Of a stretch of 64,000 bases of DNA, positions 43,767-53,500 are shown one piece after another; position 1 is the first letter of the stretch; every line of letters begins with the position of its first letter. The DNA comes from an uncultured delta proteobacterium (GTDB lineage Bacteria; Myxococcota_A; UBA9160; SZUA-336). The translations under genes were made by a program, and so were the position numbers. Under the pieces are notes generated by a model. It searched no databases and was not told where the DNA came from. It saw nothing but the letters and a program-made list of their open reading frames with translations. The stretch lies in the NCBI GenBank assembly GCA_963704165.1, contig CAVPHD010000010.1, forward strand, positions 69,242 to 133,241, read 5' to 3'.

Positions 43767-45132
43767 GGCGCGCGCGCTCGGCATCGACGTCGATCTTCAA
43801 GCTCTTCAGCTTGCGCGACAGGCTCTCGCGCGCGAGCCCGACGGCGTCCGCCGTACGCGAGATGTTCCAGCCGTGCTGAGCGAGCCGCTCGAGCAGCCAC
43901 TCTCGCTCGAACAGGCCGCGCGCCTGCGCGAGGGTGTCCACCGCGCCGCCGCGCAACCAACGGTCGCGCTCCGACGAGACGATCTGGGTGGGCAGGTCGG
44001 CGACGTCGATCGTCTCGCCGGGCGTCATCAGCACGAGTCTCTCGATCAGGTTCTGCAGCTCGCGGACATTCCCCGGCCAGTTGTACTCGCGGAGCTTCGC
44101 CATCGCCTTGGGCGAGATCGAGCGCGTCGGTCGACCCGACTCCGCCGCGAACCGGGCGAGAAAACGCTCGACGAGCCTGGGGATGTCCTCCCGCCGATCC
44201 CGCAACGCGGGCACGTGAAACGGAATCACGTTCAGCCGGTAGAACAGATCTTCGCGAAACCGGCCGTTCGACATCTCGATCTGCAGGTCCTTGTTGGTCG
44301 CGGCGATCACGCGCACGTTGACTTCGATCGTCTCGGTTCCGCCGACGCGTTCGAAGCAGTGCTCCTGCAGGATGCGCAGGATCTTGGCCTGGGTCATCAG
44401 GCTCATGTCGCCGATCTCGTCGAGGAAGATCGTGCCTCCGTCGGCCATCTCGAAGCGGCCGCGCTTGCGCTGGATCGCTCCGGTGAAGGCGCCCTTCTCG
44501 TGACCGAAGAGCTCGCTCTCGATCAGCTCCTCCGGGATCGCCGCGCAGTTGACCGCGACGAAGGGACCGTGGCTGCGCTTCGAGCGCACGTGCACCCAGC
44601 GCGCGACGAGCTCCTTGCCGGTGCCGTTCTCGCCGGTGATGAGAACCCAACCGTCGGTCGGAGCCGCGATCTCGATCTGCGCCTTCAGCTTCGCCATGAC
44701 CGGGGAGTCGCCGATGATCTCGCTCTCGCCGAGCAGCTCCTGGCGCAGCTCCTGGTTCTCCTGGGCGAGCCGCGCGCGCTCCAGCCCGTGCTCGATCCGC
44801 AGCAAGAGCTTGTCGTAGGTGAGAGGTTTCTCCAGGAAGTCGTACGCGCCGAGCTTGGTCGCGCGCACCGCGGTCTCGATCGTGCTGTGGCCGGACATCA
44901 TTACGACCGGAAGCTCGGGATGACGCGCGCAGAGGCGTTCGAGCAGCTCGAGCCCGTCCCGGCCCGGCATCGCGACATCGAGCAGGACCAGATCGGGAAC
45001 GGCCGCCGCGATCTCTTTCTCGGCCTCGTCGGCGCCCGCCGCCAACACCGGTCGGTGTCCCTCGTCGGAGAGCACGTTCGCGATCGCGCGCCGCACGCTT
45101 TCCTCGTCGTCGACGATCAGGATCGTGGCCAC
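43756..45132 (-). CDS. Sigma-54-dependent response regulator (NtrX-like; REC-AAA+-HTH)
   Basis: VDDE, LDVAMP, GENGTGKE, intact GAFTGA, FLDEIGDM, FREDLFYRLNV, WPGNVREL, C-terminal HTH. Confidence 0.93.
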   Translation of the reverse strand: MATILIVDDEESVRRAIANVLSDEGHRPVLAAGADEAEKEIAAAVPDLVLLDVAMPGRDGLELLERLCARHPELPVVMMSGHSTIETAVRATKLGAYDFLEKPLTYDKLLLRIEHGLERARLAQENQELRQELLGESEIIGDSPVMAKLKAQIEIAAPTDGWVLITGENGTGKELVARWVHVRSKRSHGPFVAVNCAAIPEELIESELFGHEKGAFTGAIQRKRGRFEMADGGTIFLDEIGDMSLMTQAKILRILQEHCFERVGGTETIEVNVRVIAATNKDLQIEMSNGRFREDLFYRLNVIPFHVPALRDRREDIPRLVERFLARFAAESGRPTRSISPKAMAKLREYNWPGNVRELQNLIERLVLMTPGETIDVADLPTQIVSSERDRWLRGGAVDTLAQARGLFEREWLLERLAQHGWNISRTADAVGLARESLSRKLKSLKIDVDAERARHAD

Positions 45133-47378
45133 GGTGCCTCCGTACGGACCGGGAGCTCGACGAGGAAGCGGCTGCCCCGCGGCCGGTTTGCAGCCACGCG
45201 AATGTAGCCGGAGTGGTCGGAGACGATCCGGGACACGATCGCGAGTCCGAGCCCCGACCCGGCGAGTTTGGTCGAGAACCCGGGCTCGAAGAGGCGCGCG
45301 CGGTCCTCGGGCCGAATGCCCGCTCCCGTGTCGGCGACTTGCAGGTGGAGCGTTCCCACCGCCGAATCCAATCGCGTCGAGACCCGCACGATCCTCGGAC
45401 CGGGTTCCGCCGCGTCGATCGCGGCGACCGCGTTCTCGATCAAGTTCAGGATCACGCGCCGCATCTGCAGCCGGTCGAGGTCGAGCATCGGCACCGCGGG
45501 GTCGAGCTCGGTCGTGAACTCGATCGTCGTGTTGCCGCGGTAGAGACCCACGACCTCGGCCACGAGCTTGTTCAGGTCGGTCGGGACCGGATCCGTCGCT
45601 GGCAATCGCGCGAAGCTCGAGAACTCCGCGAGCAGGTGCTTCATCGCATCGACTTCGGAAGTGATCGCGTCGGTGCTCTCGCGCAGCAGCTGGGCCGACT
45701 CCGGGTCGGCGAGCTTCGGCTCGAGCTTTCGTCGCAGCCGCTGTGCCGAGAGCTGGATCGGCGTCAGCGGGTTCTTGATCTCGTGCGCGATCCTGCGCGC
45801 CATCTCCCGCCAGGCGGCCATGCGCTGCACACGCATGATCTCGGTCACGTCATCGACGACGATCACGAAGCCCGCGGCGGATCCACTCGCGTCGTGCATG
45901 CGCGAGAGCGTCCAGTTGAGCGTGCGCACCTCGCCCCCGACCGCGACGGGCATCTGCCTGCGCAGCGTCTCGTGAGGACCCGACGCGAGCCGGTGCAGAA
46001 GCGGTGGAAGCGTCTGGAGCGCGTGGCCGCCGAGCATCTCGCCGAGCTTTCGGCCGGCCCATTCGCCCGCCGGTACGCCCAGCAGCCGCAGGGCCGGCGG
46101 GTTGATCGTGCGCACGACGAAGTCCGGGTCGAGCGAGATCACGCCCGCTCCGACGGCGCGCAGGATGATCTCCATCTGGGCGCGGCGTCGCTCGAGGTCT
46201 TCCCGGTTTCGAGAGAGGTCCGTCGCCATCCGATTGAAGCCCGCCACGAGCTGCGCGATCTCGTCACGGCCGCCCTGCTCCACGCGCACGTCCAGATTTC
46301 CCGCGCCGACTTCCGCCGTGGCGAATGCCAGACGTTCGATCGGTTCGGTGACCTGCTTCGCGAGCCGGAAGCCGATCCACGACGAGAAGAGGATGCTGGC
46401 GAGCGTGACCATCGCGAGCAGCATCAACATGCTGCCCTGAAACGTGCCCTTGTTGGGCTGCAGCCGCTCGTACGCCTCGCGAGCCGCTCGGATCGCCGAG
46501 ACGCGCTTCCCGATCGCGCGCGGCAAGAATCGGTTCACGACCACGACGCCGTCGATCTCGCCACCCCCGCCGGAGCGGCGGACCGGAACGACGGAGCGAA
46601 CCAGCTCGCCCGGGCCCGCGCCTTCCACGACGCTGCGCTCCGTTCCCTCGAGGCCTGCGCGGATCAGCGACGAGCTCGCGGCCTCGAACGCGACGACGGC
46701 GACCTCGGGATGAATCGCGGTGGCCAGCGCGGCGAGCTTGCTGTCGAAGACCTCGACCACGCCCAACCCGTACTCCGCCTGCTTCTCCGAGACCAGCCGC
46801 GTGAGCGCGTTCGAGCCGCCCCTCGCCAGAAGGTTCCGCTCGCCGAGCGCCGTCGCGATGCGACGCGCGAAGAACAGCGAGGACTCCTCGGCCTCCGCGT
46901 AGTACATCTCTGCGACTTCGACGGACTGGCCGAGGCTCTCGGAGAGCTCGAACTCGAACCAGATGTTGACGGCTCGCGACACGAGCAGCGCGGAGAGGAC
47001 GAAGAGCGCCGACGACGACAATGCCGTCGCGAAGACGAACGAGAACACGAAGCGGGCGTTCAAGCGCGAGCCGAAGCGTCCGGTGCGCCGGTCGATGAAG
47101 AGCTTCACCGCGTTGCGAGCGAGGAGGAAGACCAGCAGCCCGATCAGGATGACGCTGACGTGCACCAGCGCGATCAGCAGCATGTCGCTGCCGATGGGCA
47201 GCGTCCGCGAGCGGGCGATCAATGCCTGTTCGACCGCCAGGAGCACCGCGACCACGACGAACGCGAGCGCCGCCAGACGCCAGTCGCGCCGCCGGCGCCG
47301 CCGCTCGACCGCGGGCAGGCTGGGGCGCTCGTCGGATTTCTGCGCCGAGCCTTTGCGTGCCACCTTCAAACCGCTCAA
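45117..47378 (-). CDS. Sensor histidine kinase, NtrY-like (TM, HAMP, PAS, HisKA, HATPase)
   Basis: AWREMARRIAHEIKNPLTPIQLSA NtrY H-box, DTGAG, GSGLGL; start may be the GTG at 47363. Confidence 0.92.
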   Translation of the reverse strand: MSGLKVARKGSAQKSDERPSLPAVERRRRRRDWRLAALAFVVVAVLLAVEQALIARSRTLPIGSDMLLIALVHVSVILIGLLVFLLARNAVKLFIDRRTGRFGSRLNARFVFSFVFATALSSSALFVLSALLVSRAVNIWFEFELSESLGQSVEVAEMYYAEAEESSLFFARRIATALGERNLLARGGSNALTRLVSEKQAEYGLGVVEVFDSKLAALATAIHPEVAVVAFEAASSSLIRAGLEGTERSVVEGAGPGELVRSVVPVRRSGGGGEIDGVVVVNRFLPRAIGKRVSAIRAAREAYERLQPNKGTFQGSMLMLLAMVTLASILFSSWIGFRLAKQVTEPIERLAFATAEVGAGNLDVRVEQGGRDEIAQLVAGFNRMATDLSRNREDLERRRAQMEIILRAVGAGVISLDPDFVVRTINPPALRLLGVPAGEWAGRKLGEMLGGHALQTLPPLLHRLASGPHETLRRQMPVAVGGEVRTLNWTLSRMHDASGSAAGFVIVVDDVTEIMRVQRMAAWREMARRIAHEIKNPLTPIQLSAQRLRRKLEPKLADPESAQLLRESTDAITSEVDAMKHLLAEFSSFARLPATDPVPTDLNKLVAEVVGLYRGNTTIEFTTELDPAVPMLDLDRLQMRRVILNLIENAVAAIDAAEPGPRIVRVSTRLDSAVGTLHLQVADTGAGIRPEDRARLFEPGFSTKLAGSGLGLAIVSRIVSDHSGYIRVAANRPRGSRFLVELPVRTEAPWPRS

Positions 47379-47473
47379 ACGCTAACGCACGGCAGCCGTC
47401 CAGCTCAAGCGTACGGGCGTGCATGGCCGAACCGTAAGCCCACGAAAAAGCGCCAGTTTGAAGGCAACTCCCG

Positions 47474-47499
47474 TCAAGGGCGGTGGCCCGTATTCCGAA
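47474..47499 (+). promoter_or_regulatory. Putative sigma-28-like promoter for the giant TPR gene
   Basis: TCAAG-N15-TCCGAA, 9 nt before the in-frame GTG at 47509. Confidence 0.45.
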
Positions 47500-47508
47500 A
47501 AGTCCGAC

Positions 47509-50500
47509 GTGCAAACGAGAGCGACGAAACCGGGAACCACGGACCAGGATTCGCGCATCGCGCGAGTTCTCCAGGGCTTCACCACCAACCCGAGCGACAT
47601 CCGCGCATTTCGCACGCTCGAGGAACATTTGTTTCTCGCCGGATCCTGGCGCGAGCTCGTCGGCGTGTACGAGGCCCGACTCGGTGTACTGCCGGACGCG
47701 AGCGACGAGCGGGTCCACCTGCTCGGTCGGCTCGCGAACGTCTTCGCCGATCGCATCGGTGATGCCGCTGCCGCGCGTGCACGGTTCGAGGAACTGCTGC
47801 GGCTGCAGCCACGGAACGCGAATGCGCTCTCGTCGCTGCGGCGAATCCTCACGCGCTCGGGCGAGCTGACGAGCGCGCTGCAGCTCGCGGAGATCGAGGA
47901 AGCCCTGTCCCTCGACGCGAAGCCGCGCGCCCGCTTGCTGGCCGAGATCGGTGAGCTCTGGCGTGCCGTCGGTGATGCGACCGAGGCCCGGCGGCGCTTT
48001 GCTGCCGCGCTCGAGCACGATTCCGAATGCGAGGTCGCGATCGCGGGTGTGGCCGCTCTCGCCGAGGGTGGCGGCGACCCGGGCGAAGCGATCGACCTGC
48101 TCGAGCGCCGACTCGGCGAGCTCACCGGCGCCGCTCGCGGGGACGTGCTCGAGCAGATGGTCGGTCTGCTTCCGACGAGCGAGGACACCCGCACGCGGGA
48201 CCTGCTCGAGACACTCCTGCGCGAGTTCCCCGAGCGGCGAGATCCGATCGAAAGGCTGATCGCTCTGGAGCGGAGAGCGGGACACACGGCGCGCGTCGAC
48301 GAGCTCCAGCGTGTGCTCTGGAACCTCCTTCACGATCCGGTGGAGCGGCTCCGCCTGTCGCTCGAGGCGTCGACGCTCCAGCTCGACGATGCGGGCGAGG
48401 CCGCTGCCGCTGAGTACTGGTGCGAACAGGCAAACGCGATCGCTCCCGACGACGCCGCGGTCCAGAAGCTCCGGCTTCGCGTCTACCGTCGGATCGGAAA
48501 CCCGGATCGAACGCTCGAAGCCATGGAGATGCTCGTCGAGATCGAGGGTGCTCCTCCCATGCGCCTGCTCGAGATCGCCGTCCTGCACGAGCGCGAGGGG
48601 CGGGATGAGCGCGCGATCGAATGGCTGGAGCGGCTGCTCGCGAGCGACCCCTACGACGACGAGGCGCTCGCGATTCTCGAACGCTGTCTCGCGCGCCTCG
48701 GCCGTCACGGCGAGCGAGCCGAGGTGCTCGAGCGGCGCTCCGCCGCGGCCAACTCCAACGAGGCGGCGGCCGACCTGATGGTCGAGCTCGGGGATCTGCA
48801 CGCGGTCGCGCTCTCGGATCCGGCCAGCGCGGAGGCGGCGTATCAGCGCGCCCTCGAGCAGGTCCCCGGACACGCGGGCGCTTCCGTTCAACTGCGCGAG
48901 CTTCTGCGCAAGAGCGAGCGCTTCGCCGATCTCGCCAGGGTGCTGGAGCAGCTCGCCCGAAGCACACCCGCCGGTGCACCGCGCGCGAAGCTTCTCTGCG
49001 ACCTCGCCGAGCTCCAGATCGATCCGCTCGGCGATCCCTCCGCGGCGCAGCGCGCCTTCGAGGCCGCCCTGGAAACGGACCCCGACTGCGCGGCTGCGTT
49101 GGCTGGATTGAGCGCCCTCGCCATCGAAACCCGCGACCCCGGCGTGCGAGTCGAGGCGTGCGAGCGCGAGCTCGCACTCGAGCCGACGACGGCTCGCGCA
49201 ACCGAACTCCTGCAAGAGCTCTCGCGCGCGGCCATCGAACTCGGTGACCTCGCTCGCGCACAGGCCGCGGTCTCGCGCTGGGTGGAGCTCGAGCCGTGTC
49301 CGGCATCGCTCGGTCTCCAGGCCGAGCTCGCGCGCATTTCTTCGGACACCGCATCGGAGACCGCCGCGCTCGAAGGTCTCGAAGTCCTGCTCGCATCGGC
49401 GCCGGCCGCTCACGCTCTCGTATGTGTGCGACTCGCGGAGCTGGCTCTCGGTCGCCCGGAGGTGGACGCGCCGGACGCCGCCACGCATTGGTACCGCCGC
49501 GCTCTCGTGAGCCTGCCGGACGACGAAGTGCTGCGCGGGCGGGTCATCGAACACCATCGCCGGTCGGGAAACTTGCGCGAGCTCGCCGATCAACTTCGCA
49601 GGGAATACGACCGTCCGGGTGCCGACAAGCCGATGGCTCTCGCGCTCGAACTCGCACGCGCGCTCGCGGAACTCGGCGATCTGCGCGGGGCGAGCAGCGT
49701 CCTTCAACCCGCGTTCGAGCGCGAGCCCGAATCCGCCGACGCCGGAGATCTGCTCGAGAGCCTTCTGGCCGAACAGGATCGGATCGAAGAGCTCTGCGAC
49801 GTGCTCGCCTGCCGGCTCTCCATCGAGCGCGATCCCGCGCGCCGCCGGGAACTCGCACATCGCCAGGCCGGATTGCTTCTCGAAGGTCTCTCGCGCGCAC
49901 CCGACGCCGTCGCGGCGCTACGCGAGTTCGCCGACCCGACACGGGACGGGCGACTCGAACACCTGTTCGCGCGCGCGCTCGATGCGGCGGGCGCGCGACG
50001 CGAGCTCGAGACCTGGCTGGAGATGCGCGAGGCGCACGTCGAGGCACACGAGCGGACGGACCTGCGCCTGCGCCTGTCCGCACTCAAGGAGCAGGACGGT
50101 CGTCCCCGCGAGGCCATCGCTTGTCTCGAGCGCGCACTTCGCGACGAGTCCGCGGTCGAAGATCCGGCGGTGCAATCCGGCCTGCTCGGCCTACTCCGCG
50201 CGCACGGCTCGGCCGAAGAACAGCGGGCGTTGCTCGACGAATTGATCGAGCGTTCAGACGAACCCGAAGCGCGCGCGGCGCTCTTGATCGATCGCGCTCG
50301 GCTCTTCGCCGAGACGCTCGGCGATCCTGGAGCCGCGCTCGGCGATCTCGAGCACGCGCGTTCGTCGGTACGCCTCGGCGCCGACGATCTCCGCCTGGTC
50401 GCCCGCCTCTGTGCGACGATCTCCGCGCCTGAAACCCAGCTCGACGCGCTCGCGCAACTGGCGGACGTCACGCCCGACGCCGACGAGCGCCGAAGCACCC

Positions 50501-53500
50501 TACTCCAACTTGCACGGCTCCACGCCGAAGGCCCCGATGCGGTGCGCAGCGCGGAGCGCGCCGAGCAGATGCTCCGCCGCTTGCTGGCGATCGACCCCGC
50601 GGATGCCGATGCGTTCGACCGCATCTCCCGCGTCTACGCGGATGCGAACCGCAGCGCGGATCTGCGCCGCCTGATCGGAGAACGCCTCGCGCAACCCGAT
50701 CTGCGGCCGAACGAACGCACTCCACTCGGCCTGCGGCTCGCGGGGTTGCAGCTCGAAGCCGACGAAGCCCGCCTTGCCGCCGAAACTCTGGTGGACTGCC
50801 GCAGCCGTACGGAGCGCCCGGACGCGGCCGTGGACGAATTGCTGTTTCGCGCGCTCGGTGAAGCCGGCAACTCGTCGGGACAGGCGAAGCTCTGTGCCGA
50901 GCGCGTCGATTCGGGTGAGGGAAGCGAGCGCGTCCTCTGGCTTCGACGCTGGCTCGGAACGCTCGAGCGCGGTGGAGCTCCGCCCGCGTCACGACTCGAC
51001 CTCGTCGATCGGCTGCTCGTCTCCCATGTCGGGGACCGCGACCTCATCGCGGCACGAATTCCTCTACTGCGCGAGTTGGGCACGCCGGATCTTCTGGCGG
51101 AAGGTCTCGAGCGCCTGCTCGCCCTGCCCGACTCGAGCTCCGCGGCGGAGCGTGCGTTGCTCACGCGCGAGCTGCTCCGGTTGTACGAAGGATCGCTCGC
51201 CCGCCCGGATCTGGCGTGCGCGCTCGTCGAGCGCGAGGTTGCGAGCGATCCGAGCTTGCGATCGCGCGGGCTGACCGCCGCACGCGCCACCGGAGACTCG
51301 GCGGCCGAGCTGGCCTTGCTGCGTCCACTCCTCTCCGAGGCCTGCGACGGAGCGCTTCCGCTCGACGAGCTTCGCAGTCTCGGACTCGCACTGGCGCGCG
51401 CCGGGGAATCCGATCCGGCGTACACGATCCTGTGTCGAGTGCACCCCATCGCTCCACGCGACCGCGACGTGCTCTCGGCACTCGAGGCGTTGGCGCGAAG
51501 CGCGGGAGACGATGCGCGTCTCGCCGAGGTGCTCGCCGCGCGCTTCCCGCTCGAGGTCGACGAGGCCCGCAGGAAGATCGCAGCAGAGGCTGCAGCGGTC
51601 GCGGCGCGGCGCGGCGACACGCGAACCGAGTTGCTCTGGCTGCGCAAGCAGCACGCGCTCTCGCCGCTCGCTCACGATGGTCTCACTCGATGGCTCGCGC
51701 TGGAGCATGCGGTGGGAACGATCGGCGGACGCCTCGACGCAGTGCGCGCGCTGCTTGCGATCGAGACGGATCCCGAGGGGCGGAGCGAACTCGAGGCCGC
51801 CGAGGGAGAGGTTCTCGTCGAATCCGGGCGGCTCGCCGATGCGAGTGCATGCTTTGCGCGCGCGATGGCGGGTAGGCGTACGCCGAAGCTCACCTGGCTG
51901 CGTGCGCAGAACGAACTGCTCACACGACTGGGTCGAGCCTCGGAACGCGTGGACGTGCTGCGAACGCTGGCGCGGCACCCAGAAGCCACGCCCGAAGAGC
52001 GGGCGAGTCGCCAGCGCGAGCGTATCGAGCTCCTCGCTTCGCACAGCGAACTGCGCGAAGAAGCCGCGCTTCAGATGCGCATGCTGATCGACTCCGACGC
52101 GAGCGCCGCACGGCCCACTCAGCTCGAACGGATGCGTGGACTGCTCGATCTCTACGACGATCTCGGCCGCGATGCCGAGTGGTGCGCGCTCGCCGAACGT
52201 GTGCTCGGGCTCTCGGCCGAGGCGGATCGACCGGAGCTCGAGCGCGAGATCGCACGGCGGCTCGGTCACACGCTCGGCTCGATCGAACAGGCGATCGCCG
52301 CCTGGCAGCGCGTCCTCAAGCGCGCGCCCGAAGATCGCGCCGCGCTCGAAGGCCTGAACGAACTCCTGCGGCGCCCCGGCGACGAAGCGCGTCGCGCCGA
52401 TGCGCTGGAGCGGCTCGCCGCGACCGGATCCGACCATCCCGAGCGGCTCTGGCTCGACGCCGCGCGCTTGCGCTGGCAATCGCTCGCCGATGCGCGCACG
52501 GCACTCCACGACGTGGATCAGGCGCTTGCGTTCGCGCCTCGCCTCGACGGCGCGCACGATCTGCGCTCGGAGCTCTGCGCGCACCTCGATCGGCACACCG
52601 AGGAAGCTTCGTCCCTGCGCGAGCTTCTCGAGGCGGAACCTTGCGGTCCGCAGGCCGCGGACCGGTGGCTCAGGTTGGCGCAGCTCGCAGCCGCCCGTGC
52701 CGATGGCGCGCCCGAAGCGATCGCCTCCGCCGAGCGTGCGCTCGCACTCGCGCCGGGGCAGCGCTCGATGGTGCGCGAGGTGCGGCGCGTGCTCGAGCGC
52801 GCGAAGTCCTGGGAGCACGCGCGCGACCTGCTTCGCACCGAGATCGAGACGGCTTCGCACACCGAAGCGCCGGCACTTCTGCGCCGCTTCGCGCGAGTGA
52901 CCTGGGACGAGCTTCACGACGCGGAGCTCGCGTGCGATGCCCTCGAAGCCATCGAATCCTGCGAAGCGCTGCGTCTGGAAGACCGCGAGCGCTTCGCAGC
53001 CGTACTCGAAAGAGTCGGCCGCGTCGCCGAGTCGCTGGCGCAGCGCGAGAAGATCCTCACGGAGATGGGCGAGCTCGCGACCGCAGCCAGCTGGCTCGAG
53101 CTCGCGCGCGACACGCTGGACCAACTCGACGATCCGGGCCGCGCCCGCGAGGCCTGCGATCGCGCGCTCGCACGAGACCCTCGCCTGACCGCCGCGCTCG
53201 AGCTCCGAACGCGCCTCCACGCGAGACTCTGCGAGCCCGCACGTGAGCTCGAGGACGTTCTCCGCCTCGCGGAGCTCGAACCGGTGCCTGCCCTGGCCGC
53301 GGCTTGGTTGACGCAAGGCGCGGAGATCGCACGAAGCCGACTCGGCGACGAAGCGCGAGCTGGCGCACTCTTCCGCAGCGCGCTGAAGCGCGATGCGAAC
53401 CACCTCCCCGCCTTGCTGGGCGCGGGTGAGATCGCGCTCGCTCGCGGTGATTGGGCCGAAGCCGAGCGAACGCACGGGCTTGCGACCTCGCTGCTGCCGG